Positions 39,998-54,226 are shown, counted from the stretch's first letter. The stretch: 64,000 nucleotides of DNA from Octopus sinensis (GCF_006345805.1 NC_043004.1:13516001-13580000), one strand, 5' to 3'. Notes: generated from the sequence alone by a model not told the origin. A program made the numbers and translations.

Positions 39998-40037
<40 letters not shown>

Positions 40038-40039
<2 letters not shown>

Positions 40040-41157
40040 GGTGGTGAGCTGTCACAATTGTTAGCACGCCGGGCGAAATGCTTAGCGGTATTTCGTCTGC
40101 GTTACGCTGTGAGTTCAAATTCCGCCGAGGTCGACTTTGCCTTTCATCCTTTCTGGGTCGATAAATTAAGTACCAGTTACGCACTGGGGTCGATGTAATC
40201 GACTTAATACCTATGTCTGTCCTTGTTTGTCCCCTCTGTGTTTAGCCCCTTGTGGGTAATAAAGAAATAGGTATTTCGTCTGCCGTTACGTTCTGAGTTC
40301 AAATTCCGCCGAGGTCGACTTTGCTTTTCATCCTTTTGTGGTCGATAAATTAAGTACCAGTTACGCACTGGGGTCGATATAATCGACTTAATCTGTTTGT
40401 CTATCCTTGTCTGTCCTCTCTGTGTTTAGCCCCTTGTGGGTAGTAAAGAAATAGGTATTTCGTCTGTCTTTACGTTCTGAGTTCAAATTTCGCCGAGGTC
40501 AACTTTGCCTTTCATCCTTTCGGGGTCGATTAAATAATTACCAGTTACGAACTTGGGTCGATATTATCGACTTAATCCGTTTGTCTGTCCTTGTTTATCC
40601 TCTCTGTGTTTAGCCCCTTGTGGGTAGTAAAGAAATAGGCATTTCGTCTGCCGCTACGTTCTGAGTTCAAATTCCTCGGATATCGATTAAATTCCTCTCG
40701 GAGGCGGGATCGATATAAACGACTTAATCCGTTTGTCTATCCTTGTTTGTTCCCACTGTGGGCAGTAAAGAAATAAGAACCGTTAGCACACCAGTTCAAA
40801 TGCTTAGCGGTATTTGGTCTACTGTTACGTTCTGAGTTCAAATTCCGCCCAGATCGACTTTGCCTTTCATCCTTTTGGGGTCGATTAAATAAGTACCAGG
40901 TACACACTGGGTCGATATAATCGACTTAATCTGTTTGTCTGTCCTTGTTTGTCCTCTCTGTGTTTAGCCCCTTGTGGGTAGTAAAGAAGTAGGTATTTCG
41001 TGTCTTTACGTTCTTAGTTCAAATTCTGCCGAGGTCGACTTTGCCTTTCATCCTTTCGGTGTCGATAGATTAAGCACCAGTTGCGTACTGTAGTCGATCT
41101 AATCGGCTGGCCCCCTCCCCCAAAATTTCCAGCCTTGTGCCTAGAGTAGAAAAGAAT
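40038..41157 (+). mobile_element. Six-unit nested SINE array (5 B-type units plus a terminal A-type unit)
   Basis: Units start at 40038, 40270, 40454, 40638, 40776 and 40992. The 40638 unit has an internal deletion. Degenerate SINEs follow at about 41160-41340 and 41810-42010. Confidence 0.9.
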
Positions 41158-43999
41158 TGTTAGCTTGCCAGGCAAAATTGTTTGTGTATTTCATTTGTCT
41201 CTGTTCAAATAAAGCCGAGGTCGATTTTGCCTTCTATCCTTACAGGTCGGTATAACAAGTACCAGTAGAGTGCTGGGGTCGATGTAATCGACTTAGCCAC
41301 TCCTCTGAAATTACTGACCCTGTGCCAAAATTTGAAACAAATATTCCAATTATTGATATAACTGTTGGCGCATCGCACTCAATACCGTGGACTATTTATT
41401 TGCAACCCTTTACTCTCTCAGTTCACATTTTACTGTATTCATCTGCCTTTCTTTCCTTGGGTGTTAGTAAAATCTAACTACCAGTAGAATACTGAAGTCA
41501 AATATAATCAGCAATTCACCTCCCTTGCAACTATCATACCTTATATCTATAAAAACTATTATTCTTATTTTATAGCGAATTTGTAGAAGTGTAAGATATT
41601 CAGATCAATAAAACAACCCTTACTGTAATAATGGTGAATTGGCGAACTTGGTGTGTTCGGTTAAAACGACTTGCGATATTTGTTCCGTCCTTTCAGCTTC
41701 TGAATATTCTGATAATCTTCAAAGGTAAATCATAGTTATTTTATATGTAATCAATTCAGGTGTAGCTATTAATTTCTCAGCCATAAGCTGTCGAGTTAGC
41801 AGAGTCGTTTGCACACTGGACAACTACTTAGAAGCACATTTCTTCCGTCATTTTACTTTCTAAATTCAAAATCCACCGAGGTTGACTTAATCTGTTCATC
41901 CTTACGGAGTCAATGAAATAAGTTCCAGTTGAGCACTGGGATCGATGTAATAGACTATTGTCCTCCTCTCAAAATTGTCAGTCTTGAACAAAATTTACAA
42001 AGAATCAACATTTAAGCCATTATGAATTATTTGACCGCGGATATTAATTTAAAGCAGTGTGTTACTATTTTTATGTATTCATTATCAAATTTCTGGAAAC
42101 TATATATTACACATGCATAGCAATTTGCTACAGGTTTTCCGCTTATCAGATTTAAGAAATATTATCTTGCTAAAATTATTTTAAACTTGTATTATAGTTA
42201 CTAATTGTAGATCTATTTCCTCCCTTCAACATTATGATTTAGAATCTTTATTTTTTATGCAAAAAAACCGCAAATAATTAGACTTATCTATAATTTGTTG
42301 ATACGGCAAACTATGTATCTTATGTGCCCACCAATTCTAGAATTAATTATTGAAGCTGTTGGTGTTTAACGAAATATAGGTACAATATAACTTTTCACAA
42401 CTGAGACAATCTTTAACAGATACAATGCTTAATTTACATATAAATTTTTCTCACCATTGATTTGAATCTGTAAAATTTACTTGAGCATGACACTCAACGT
42501 TCACTTGTGGACCAACGAATCACAATTTGTCTCGCTCGCTCAAACTCTTCCTTATTAACTTTTGATACAATCACAACAAACTCCCGTATTATGTATTAAT
42601 ATTCTTAAATATAAACCACCCGGAGGAGGTCTTGTCTTTTTATCCCTTCTCACTCACTATACGAAAATGGATTAACACTTAACATCATCTTCCTATAAAG
42701 TTTACAACTTTTTTTCATCGAACATTCACGCAGAAATAGATAAATTTTGTTTAACTGTTATCGATCAAATGCCGTGTTAAAGTCGGATAATTTCAGGAAC
42801 GAGTGTAAAATCCTCTGATACAAGATAAATAATCTTGTAAACACAAACCACATTTTAAATTTCATCTCAACTGACATGTAAGAATGAGATTTTATCTACG
42901 TTTATCACTACCTAAATGCATTATTACGGCTTAATTCTTTTTAATTGCCAGGTTCATGTTATTGGTATGGTCTCTCATATTTATAACACAGAAATTGCCG
43001 TTACCAAAGTTTTTTCCCACAACATACAGGGAATTCATAAAATCTCACGTTATCTTCTTATTTCCTGGTTTTAGGTATGCATATAGTATCAAACACTCAT
43101 ATGTGCGTATGCATACGTGCTCGTGTGAGTGTGTTTGTGAGTTTGTGCTTATGTGTATCTATGTTTGCACTTAACTCTGTGTGTACTTGTGCATGTGTGT
43201 GTGAAAGAGTTTTTTTTTTATTTTGTTGAATGCATTTATTTCATCAACATGCCTGAATTACTGAATTCTTACAGACACGCGTCGAAATTCTTACTTTGCA
43301 ATTATTTACCGCCAGACGTATATATTACCACTGAACTGTTGTTTTTTTAATGAAATTACTAACGTAATTCTACTGGATCTTAATACAACTTATCTTTTCA
43401 AACCCTTTTGACGTGTCATCGTTTTGGCATTCTGTTGATTATACTCTTAATAATCACACTCGATAAAAACAACTTTTTCTTCTTTCATATGCAACAAATA
43501 TTGTATTCAAAATATCCCAAGTATTTTCTCAAAAATCATTAAAAAATATTTCATAAGATTTTTTAACTTCCGCAACAGCATTTATCTCCAGCCTTTCTAT
43601 GCTTCGTATCAAAAATGTCTGTTATGTTACGTTGGACTTTTGAACTTCTTTGATAATTTTGTTTACATTCCTTTAAATAACTTTCCTCAATAACTTTTAT
43701 ATTTATACAAACAGCAGTAATCCAGGAACTGTGTTTTATGATATATATTTTAAGCTGCATTTATCTATAGTATTATATTTATTGCATTTTATTTATGGTA
43801 TTTTATTTTTTGCATATAATAACATGGGCATATATATTACGCATGCGTGGCTGTGTGGTGTTAAGTTTGCTTCCTAACCACATGGTTTAGGGTTCAGTCC
43901 CTATGCGTAGCACCTTGGGCAATGTCTTCTACTATATCCTCGGGCCGACCAAAGCTTTGTGAGTGGATTTGTTAGACAGAAACTAAAAGAAGCCCGTCG

Positions 44000-44040
<41 letters not shown>

Positions 44041-44745
44041 CTGTGTCTTGTGTGTGTGCGCGTGTTTTTGTGTGCCTGCGTTTGTCCTCTTACCATCGCC
44101 TGACAATCGTGCTGCTGTGTTCACGGCCCCGTAACCTAGTGGTTCGGCAAAACAATCCGATAGAATAAGTATTAGTCTTACAAAGAATAAGTTCTGGAGT
44201 CGAATTGTTCGACTAAAGGCGGTGCTCCAGTATGACCGCAGTCAAATGACTGAAACAAGAAAAAGAATAAAAGAGTACGTATTTATGTGTGTATATATGT
44301 GCATGAAGTGAAATACCTGTCGATGCACTTGTGCATTTATTTATTTATATGGATAAATCCTATGTCAGTTCCTACCTTTGTACATATATATATATATATA
44401 TATTATGCGCACTTTTCAAGCCAAGCCAGGCTCATGGGGCCGGTTTCCCGGTTTCTATGGCGTATGTGTATTCCCCAGCTGAACGGGACGCCAGTCCATC
44501 GCAGCGTTACTCCATAAATAGGAAGAAAGAGTGAGAGAAAGTTGGGGCGAAAGAGTACAACAGGGGTCGCCACCACCCCTTGCCGGGGCGTGTGGAACTT
44601 TAGGTGTTTTCACTCAATAAACACATACAACGCTCGGTCTGGGAATCGAAACCGCAATCCTCCGACCGCGAGTCTGCTACCCTAACCAGTGGGCCATTGC
44701 GCCTCCTCACATTTGTGTATACATATATGTGTGCGTGTGTGTGTA

Positions 44746-45645
44746 CGTGGTATGCTCAATGAGTATCAGGACTGTTGCTATAGTAACGAAGCTAAAGCAT
44801 GCTGAGTGATGCTGCTTGGCAGGAACTGAACTTGAACACTGTTGTGCATGCGCATTAAGTTTTAATGTTCTAGCTCATTTCTGCTGTTTACAGCAATACT
44901 TGGAAGGAAGATGTGTAGCTTGTGATCCTCACATTGACATTGACAGAAAGTTGAGCAAAGAATCCGCATCAAATTTTGCCAGAATCTTTACGATAACCTG
45001 CTCAGAACCCTACGCAAAGTTTTCAAAAGGTTTTCATCGTTCTCACCACAATCAAAGAAATCTTCTGCTACTTAAACCCGAGTGTCCTTTTGGTCTGCTG
45101 AAACTGAAAGCAGTTTTGGAACAAACTTGGCAGGCATGCATCTCATACCCAAATCTTCAGTGATAATGGACCGAACTGAAACGTAACTAATCTGTACATC
45201 CTCTGATAACTCTCGGATAGTAAATAGACAATTTTAATTCACAGCTGCATACACATCTGTAATGTTTTTCTCGGATCTGCTGGTCGCGGACCTCCCAGAA
45301 CATTCGTCAATATCAATATTTCTTCGGTCACCTTGGAAATGTCTGAACAACTGGTACACATGTGTAGGGCTCATACAACTCCCTTCATATATTTTCTGCA
45401 ATTTTGCGTTGGCCTCTGAGCAGGTATCATCATGACAACTTTCTCTGCTATGGTCAATGCGACGATCACACGCTACACAACTTCCTTCCAAGCACTGCTA
45501 GAAACAGCGGAAGTAAGTTAGAACGTTAAAATTTTGTGCGCATGCACAACAATGTTTAAGATCAGTCTTAACCAAGCGGCTTCACTTTGTGTACTTTAGC
45601 TTTATTACTATGACAACAGCCCGGATACTTATTGATCAAACCTCG
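44746..45645 (-). mobile_element. Defective mariner element with long inverted 5' ends
   Basis: TA flanks at 44744-45 and 45646-47. Minus strand encodes CMSPTHVYQLFRHFQGDRRNIDIDECSGRSATSRSEKNI and SIITEDLGMRCMPAKFVPKLL. 44746-45020 is a diverged inverted copy of the 5' end. Confidence 0.85.
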
Positions 45646-47572
45646 TATGTATGTATGCATGTATATACGTGCGTATGTTTGTATGTATGCATGCATGTCT
45701 GTATGTATGCATGTCTGTATGTATGAATGTATGTATGCATGTATGTATGTATGCATGTTTGTATGTATGTATGCATGTATGTATGCATGCATGCATGTCT
45801 GCATATATGTATGCATGTATGCATGCATGTCTGCATATATGTATGCATGTATGCATGTATGCATGTATGTAAGTCAAAAAACGAGACAGATGAGTGACAA
45901 CCTGGCCACTGATGGTGATGTAACACTATACTAATCATATCTGTCGGGCATGTGGAAGAGAGTGTAATTCGGCAGGAGGACTTAAACGACATGCAAAGGT
46001 ACATGAAGCCCAGTTACAACTACAGCCAGCTATTACCAGTAAAGGTTTTAGTTGCCAATTTTGTACAAGACATTGTAGAACTTTAGCTGGGCTAAAAAGT
46101 CACATTCGATGACAGCACCAGTAACAGTTAGGCTTCGTGCAATGGCCATTCTCGATAACGAGGGGGCAGCCATAATAATGTATGTATGTACGTATGTGCA
46201 CATGTATGCATGTATGTATGTATACATGTATGCATGTATGCATGTATGTATGCATGTATGAATGCATGTATGCATGTATGAATGCATATATGTATGTATG
46301 TATGTATTTATCCATGTATACATGTATGTACGTAAGTGTGCATGTATGCATGCAAGTATGCATACATATATGCATGTATGCATCTATGTTTGTATGCATC
46401 TATGTATGTATGCATGTACCCATGTATATATGTATGTATCTATGCATTTATGTATATATGTACGTATGCAAGTATGTTTTTATGATATTCTTCTTCCCTC
46501 CAATTATTATAGTTCGAATTTCGCATGTTTGTAGTTTTCATACTATTCTTTCCGGTTTCAGTTTCATAGCTTTGCGCTTAGTTTCCTATACTTCCTCCTG
46601 AAATGCGTTCGTTTTCGTATTTGTCTAAGCCCTCCGACGATTTCTTCTTCTTCTTTTTCTTCTTCTTCTTCTTCTTCTTCTTCTTCTTCTTCTTCTTCTT
46701 CTCCTTCTCCTCCTCCTCCTCCTCCTCCTTCTTCTTCTTCTCCTTCTTCTTCTTCTCATTTCTCTCCTCCTCCTCCTCCTTCCCTTCCTTCTTCTTCTTC
46801 TTTTCTTCTTCTTCTTCTCCTTCTCCTCCTCCTCCTCCTTCTTCTCCTTCTTCTCCTCATTCTTCTTCTTCTTCTCCTCTCCTCCTTCTTCATCTTCTTC
46901 TCATAATCACCTTTATTCTCTTATATTTCCTCATCTTCTTATCCGCCCCACCTTCACTACATGTTCCCTTTTCTCTCCCCTAAACCAGATTCACTTATGA
47001 AGTTAGTTTCAGATTACATGCTTATAATTACTGTAATATCCGAAAGTACGATCCAAAGCAATAATAACAATAATAATAGATAAATACCTTGTTTTCAAAG
47101 AGGTAGGTCAGTTCAGTCCAAATAGTCTTATATATATATAATTATATAGTGATAGATATGGTTGCATTGAAAGAAATTTGTAATCTTCTGTCGTCTACTT
47201 TTTCTAATGGATATTGGAATCTTAAAATGTGCTTTAACGATTGGTTAAATTTTCACATTCTACTTTTGTCTGGTATTGCAGTCTACGTTTATTAAATAGT
47301 ACGCTTCTTTCTCTATTGTATTCATAATGATAAATGCACGCACACACGCGAGCACAGGCATATAAGCATACATATATGTGTGTGCATGTATGTGTGTACG
47401 TGTTCGAACAGGTGTTTATGGTTGTGCATATGTATGAATCTATATGAGTATATCTATCTGTCTGTCTAGCGATTAATAGCAATCGATCCATTAACATCTC
47501 TCGCTCTCTTTCTTTACATATGTGTGTATGTGTGCGTATGTGTGTGTGCGTGTGTGTATAGGTGCATATATA

Positions 47573-47605
<33 letters not shown>

Positions 47606-48026
47606 AATATATAACTTTCCCCCATAGATGTGCGCACCCACATATGAGTATATAGATGTACGCATGGTCGAAAATACCATCTTCGTGTGGATAAAAACTT
47701 ACATGCACACATATTTGTAGCAATATGTAGACAAATTATAACTAACTACGCTTATCTTTGTTTCTTCATATAGTTTTCATACATGGAGCCATTTGTTCAC
47801 CTATGTTCTGACTTAGTTAAAAATATTTTTGTAAGACACACGAAACAAACTAGACCCCACTATAGTTTTATCCCTGTATTTTGCATGTCTATTGCTATTC
47901 ATCAATGTCTAATTCCTTTTCTTGAATGTTTCAGAATTTGGCAACTTTGGAAACTTGATTGATAGGAAATATTTATTTCTTTTTTGCGTGGCATTTCATT
48001 ATCACCCACACATCTGAAAAGAGGTA

Positions 48027-48458
48027 GGATCTTTTCGGTTTGATCGGCAGTTTTTAACATAATTTCTAGGTAACTAAAAAAATTTAAACTTCGTATACTG
48101 GTAGAATGTGTTTAGAAAACATCTTTTTTCTGTTGGCTTCATTGAGAAAATTCTATAGTTTGTAAGATATTTGTTGTTTTTTTTCTTCAGTTTCTGCAAT
48201 TTCAACCAATCACTGACGTCTATTGAGGTAAAAAAAACACATTCTGTGCCGTATGAATATGTCCCTCGTTTAAGAAATAGATTGGGTTCATTTACATTTG
48301 TGAAGAAAAAAAGATATCCTTCCCCCCACCCCTAACCGTAACTAACACTAACCCTAAAACAGATTGAAATGCAATAGATCGATACTAGGGTCATAACTAT
48401 GTGTGACAATTTCATATGACACCGCTAGAAAAAACTGCCGTTCAAACCGAAAAGATCC
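48027..48458. mobile_element. MITE with TIRs of about 30 bp and an 8-bp TSD (hAT- or Merlin-like)
   Basis: TIRs ggatcttttcggtttga(t/a)cggcagttttt. TSD aagaggta at 48019-48026 and 48459-48466. Confidence 0.85.
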
Positions 48459-49403
48459 AAGAGGTAAACATTATTGAAATTTCAAAAACAGCAAGTATAT
48501 GATGTAGAGGATGAAAAGAGCTACAAAATAAACAGGGTTAAAATATTACAGTGAAAAATATTTTTGGTGTTAATTCAAATACTATTGGGAAAAAAGGAAC
48601 GAGTTTATCAGTCGTAGATAATGTTAATGTACGTTGTACGATTGTAAGTGTATGTGGGATTATTTAGTAAATATATGTCATGTATGTGCATGTGTGTGTG
48701 TCTTTGTCTTTGTCTGTGTGTGTATAAATTCCATATTCAACAACCCAGACGAACACTCATACAAACGAATATATACATATGTACATATCTGATATATTTA
48801 TGTATGTGTGCGTGTGTATCGAAGAGAGGGTGCTGGAAAGTTCGTTGCTTTGGGTGAAAGCAAATACTAGAGGATCATTTAATTATGATTTTATACCACC
48901 ATATTCCCCTCTCACATTCACACACTTACTACGGCGGTAATTCGGTTTTTACGTTCACAATAGATATAAACGTTAAACCTAATTAAAGAAGAAAATAACA
49001 AGAGGAAAAAAAATAATGATGTACTTAATTGCATATATTGCTCTCAGCACGAAATATTATGGACTTAACAACGCACATAAGTTTTCAAATGAAAGGGAAG
49101 AAGGATCAAATTCGTGCATTAAACGAGACAGTCGTCACTATCAATCACTATTTCTTTTATCATAGCATAATTTGCATCAAAAACAACAGCGTCACCACCA
49201 TCACCACCACGCTAGGCCGACTTCAACATAAATATATATATATATATATATATAATAATAATAATGTCATTAATAATACTAATAATAATAGAAATAGTGT
49301 AGTTGTTGGCGCTAATAATAGTAACCACAATCATAGCAATAAAAACTTCGTTTCGATCTCGGAGGACAACCCCAACAGAATTAAATTTTTGTCTAGTAAT
49401 TCT

Positions 49404-49670
49404 AAGATTAAGAATTATATTTACTTCTATATAGGAGCGTCCACTTCCCAGTTATCCAAGAGAATTTCAAACCATTATTCAACATTCAGGGTTAGTAAAA
49501 AACAACATAGTACAGGGCTAAGTAAATTAGTTTGGCGTCTTAAAGACAACAATATAAATTTCAAGTTAGATTGGTTCATACTGTCTGTATCCTTTCCTTT
49601 TGATAAGGGCAGGAGATTTTGCAACATTTGCAACTCTTCCATATTCTCTTCTCTAAGGTTCCCCTTGTAA
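49404..49670 (+). mobile_element. Penelope-like element GIY-YIG endonuclease fragment
   Basis: YIGASTSQLSKRISNHYSTF...STGLSKLVWRLKDNNINFKLDWFIL...PFDKGRRFCNIC follows the PLE pattern YIG..R..H..F...ST.LS..W.LK...W...C..C. Confidence 0.8.
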
Positions 49671-50311
49671 ACACACTCATAGAAAAATCATACAAATGTA
49701 AACACTGGCAGAAACATACTTTCTACTCATATAAATGATAATAATAGTCACTGTGGTTTGAACAATTAGCTTAACGTGCACTTCACTTCAATAGCGAAAT
49801 TCTTTCCTAAGCCTTCGAACATTCTTTCAATCAACGTACCCTTCCCTCTCCACTTGTTCCCTACCTATTATTCCTTTAACCATTCTCTTCCTACTATCTA
49901 TCTTTGACGTCAATTCTTCTAACGGTTTGTTTTTAAAACACTCATTATCGTTTTGTTTACCATGTAGGCAGTCATCGAAATTTTTGTTTGTCTTGTTGAC
50001 GAGAGAGGCTCCCTTTCTTTCCTGATGAGAAGATGGCATAATGCACCCTTTATTCCTTTGGAATGAAACCATGTTGTCTTCGAAACATATGTCGAGAGTA
50101 AGGGAATTTTGCTAACATCTTCGTTCGACGCCATTCTTTCATTTATTCATATACAACACACAAATTTCTGCACATGAACCCGGAGTCTCTACCCTTGGAC
50201 AGGTCGCTTCAACCGTGTTTCTGACGTGAATTTGCTACCCTGGTTTCGGTTCAACGAATTTTCCAAGCTGACGATAAACATGGGATAATTCATTCACCTA
50301 TTTAAATATAT

Positions 50312-50349
<38 letters not shown>

Positions 50350-50554
50350 GTATAAATACATACATGCAATTGTCAGGTTTACAATTATTCCAATATATCT
50401 TCAGGTTTTATTTCAAAATATTATATATCTAATTTCACATCTATTTAAAAATAAGCAATAGAGTTAAGTATGAAAGTTTTAAAAATACGAATTAAAAATT
50501 AAGAATAAATATTATACATTATAAATATGAATTAGTATATATAACTTATATAAT

Positions 50555-50599
<45 letters not shown>

Positions 50600-50640
50600 A
50601 ACAAGTCAAAAATAGAAAATGCTAAGATGATTTTATAGTG

Positions 50641-50693
50641 AATCTTTCAGTACCGGTTTCGGTCATTTTGAGACCTTTTCAACTGTAACGATT
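50641..50693 (-). ncRNA. Type I hammerhead motif, U3-A8 variant (sense to the PLE ORF)
   Basis: Reverse complement of 51772-51824. Confidence 0.75.
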
Positions 50694-51771
50694 AAATAAT
50701 TAAATTTAGAAAAATTAGAAGAAAAGTTTTTTAAAAGAATATTTCTGTAGTAGTGTTCAGATATAAGTAGCATTCTGCCTTTCTCTGACTCCCTTGTTTG
50801 CACTTGTGTGTTCGAGGTCGTTTTGAGTTCTTGGTAGGATAGGTGAAGAATAATGAGGCTGATGTGGAGAGGGGGTGGGGAAATCTGGGAATGCCTTAAT
50901 GGTCGTATTTTGAATGGTCAGTGGCTGACAGTAGTCGCAGTTCAATTCAGGAATTGTTTATGGAATTTGCGTAGGCTTTATACTGAAAGACATTAGTGAC
51001 AAGGTTAAGGGGTGGAAGGGGGAGAAGTAGTAGAAGAAGAAGATAACGATGTTGATGATGATGAAGAAGAAGAAGAAGAAGAAGAAGGAGAAGGAGAAGA
51101 TGGTGGTGATGATGGTGGTGATGATGATGACGACGATGATGATGATAATGATGATGATGAAGAAGAAGAGGAAGAAGAAGAAGAAAAAACAGAGAAGGGA
51201 GAATATGAATGGGTGTAAGTATAGCTTTGATGGGGATGATTAGTAATGGATTCTATGGAGTGTAATATTTGTGTGTGTATATATTTCTTTTATTCTAAAG
51301 TTGAGGTATATTAATTGTTTGTCGTAGACCCGTTAAGAAGTGGCTTGTATTTTGTAATAAAGAGATTTTCTTTACTTATTCGTTGTCTCGAGGTTGTATC
51401 GTCCCTAAATTGGTTAGAGGGGGAAAATTCTGAAGTTTGGTGTTTTTTGTTGGCGCAAGTATCTATGTGTTGGCTGAAAGCTATTTTTCTGTTTTGGGGA
51501 ATTTTTATCTGGGATCTGTGCAGGGCCATTCGTTTACGCAAACCATTTTTGTTTGGCCTATGTATGCTCTTGACACCCGGAGCAGGTTAGTGAGTATATT
51601 AGGTTCTCCGAAGCACATGTGAAGTTGCTTTTCACTGTAAACCGTTGTCCCTGTTTGAAGGAGAACTCTGATCCCTCAATTAGATAGTCGCATATCCCGC
51701 AATTGGGTCTTCCACATTTTTTACTGTCGGCTTCTGTGTTGAAGAGTGAATTTTTCTAAATTTAATTATTT

Positions 51772-51824
51772 AATCGTTACAGTTGAAAAGGTCTCAAAAT
51801 GACCGAAACCGGTACTGAAAGATT
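51772..51824 (+). ncRNA. Type I hammerhead motif, U3-A8 variant
   Basis: AAUCGUUACAG-UUGAAAA-GGUC(UCAAAAU)GACC-GAAA-CCGG-UA-CUGAAAGAUU. Confidence 0.75.
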
Positions 51825-51920
51825 CACTATAAAATCATCTTAGCATTTTCTATTTTTGACTTGTTTTTTCCATATATCAATTCGTGTGTTCCTTTCCACC
51901 CTTATACATACATATATATA

Positions 51921-51959
<39 letters not shown>

Positions 51960-52772
51960 TATATATATAAATACATATGTTCGCACATACACACACACAT
52001 ATTAATATCTTTATTACAAATTCTCACAAACCGGCATATATTTATAGGTAACATATGAATAGCCACTAAGGACGTGTTATTATATTAGAACGGCATGTTG
52101 TACGTTTGCTTAAAGAATCCGAAATTTAGTAATCAGAGTAGGACAAGGCAGTGTTCAATGAAATATTGGCGTGACACTGACTGATAATTTTGTACTTCTA
52201 GCTGATGACTTGTCACAACGCAATATGCATGCCATCTACGGTCCGAAATTGTCATTGATAGCCTTATACTGTATATTTCAAATATACTGCCTATAAGGAT
52301 ACGTTTCTGCGAAAGGCAATTTCCCCTGCATAGGTCTTATCATGTGTACCTGTGTACGAACGTGCTAAATATGATTGTACTGACGTATACTTTTAATCTA
52401 GAATGCTTTTAATCACTTACCAAGACTATATCTTTCAAAATCGACAGTCACCCATTTGATATATATCCACACACACACACGCACGCACACACACACACAC
52501 ACACACAGATATATATATATGTATATATAAACAGATACATACTTACATGCATACATACATATATATATATATACATACATATATACACTGTATAAATGAA
52601 TATATTTAGTGTATCTTCATATACACACATAAAGAAATAAATATAAAATGAAGTTTTATATATGTGTGTGCGCACACGCGAGTATGCGTGTGTCTCAGTG
52701 TCTGTATGTATATTTTTATGTATGTTTACACACCTCTCAGCGTATCCTTATTTATATACATGGTAATGTATG

Positions 52773-52804
<32 letters not shown>

Positions 52805-53163
52805 CGTATATATATATATATGTATGTTTCTATGCATGTATTTATATATTTGTATATACATGTATGTATATATTTGTATATATTTGTATGTATGTATATA
52901 CTTGTATATATACACATCCACTCACACACGCATACACGCATATATATATTATATACTTACACATACTCGCATACACATTCACACAGATATCATAATAGTG
53001 GAATTCTTTTATTACTATCAACTTGGTATGACTGTTTTTAGAAAGAGTATCCGGTTTGATAAGAACAGGCAAACAAATTTTGCGGCATTACTAATTCGAT
53101 AAAAAGAAAATACCTATATTTTATTATCGTGATGGTAAGCGACTTCCAACGTAATAAAATGAG

Positions 53164-53194
<31 letters not shown>

Positions 53195-53204
53195 ATATAT
53201 ATAG

Positions 53205-53238
<34 letters not shown>

Positions 53239-53657
53239 TGTATGTATGTGCTTGCATCTGTGTTATGTGTATGTTTGTGCCTGTGCAATCGCACACATAT
53301 ATTACTTAAATATGTGAGCTTACGCTATACATATCAAAAATAGGCGTTCCTTTGCAATGATCTCAGTTTTGTAAGAGTTCACTTAGATGACGTCATAGAA
53401 TGTCTAAGTTCCGTGGTGACGTTATCGGCTGCAGGTCTCGTTTATCGGCTGTTGTAGATTTAAATCAGATATGATACTTTGACTAGCATGCAGAATTTTA
53501 TAGTATAAAATAGCTATACACATTTAAGGACACATGCTTATACGCAGTATGAATATATACATATACATTACATGCAAACACATCCACATATTTCTTTTCG
53601 TATGTATCAACACATAATATGCATATCTATGTATTTAATTGTATATACTAATACACA

Positions 53658-53725
<68 letters not shown>

Positions 53726-53835
53726 CTTATGTATGTATATATATATACCAATATATATATAGAGATATTAATATATATGTATATAAAAATGTTATGTATG
53801 TATATGTATTTTATAAATACATATATATGTGGTGT

Positions 53836-53887
<52 letters not shown>

Positions 53888-53945
53888 TAGAGAGAGAGAG
53901 AGAGAGCGGGGAGAGAGAGAAAATCGCTAGCTAGCTAGCTTGATA

Positions 53946-54034
<89 letters not shown>

Positions 54035-54036
54035 TA

Positions 54037-54081
<45 letters not shown>

Positions 54082-54090
54082 CATACAAAC

Positions 54091-54137
<47 letters not shown>

Positions 54138-54150
54138 CATACAAACAGAC

Positions 54151-54226
<76 letters not shown>

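Larger units (their letters stand above)
50594..51873 (-). mobile_element. 5'-truncated Penelope-like element with inverted terminal repeats (50594-50716 and 51749-51873)
   Basis: Minus strand 51735-51311, with frameshifts: KCGRPNCGICDYL...FTCASENLIYSLTCSGCQE/YIGQTK/LRKRMALHRSQI...KENLFITKYKPLLN. This is a Cys-linker plus GIY-YIG. (TA)n lies on both flanks. Confidence 0.85.

Noticed and set aside
40038-41157. Regularly spaced repeats resembling a CRISPR array
   Set aside because: The units are 184-bp SINE bodies with no unique spacers or cas genes, and the context is eukaryotic.
49029-49403. N-terminal part of the 213-aa ORF as a real protein
   Set aside because: It is low-complexity read-through across (TA)n/(AAT)n. 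Only the C-terminal GIY-YIG part is credible.
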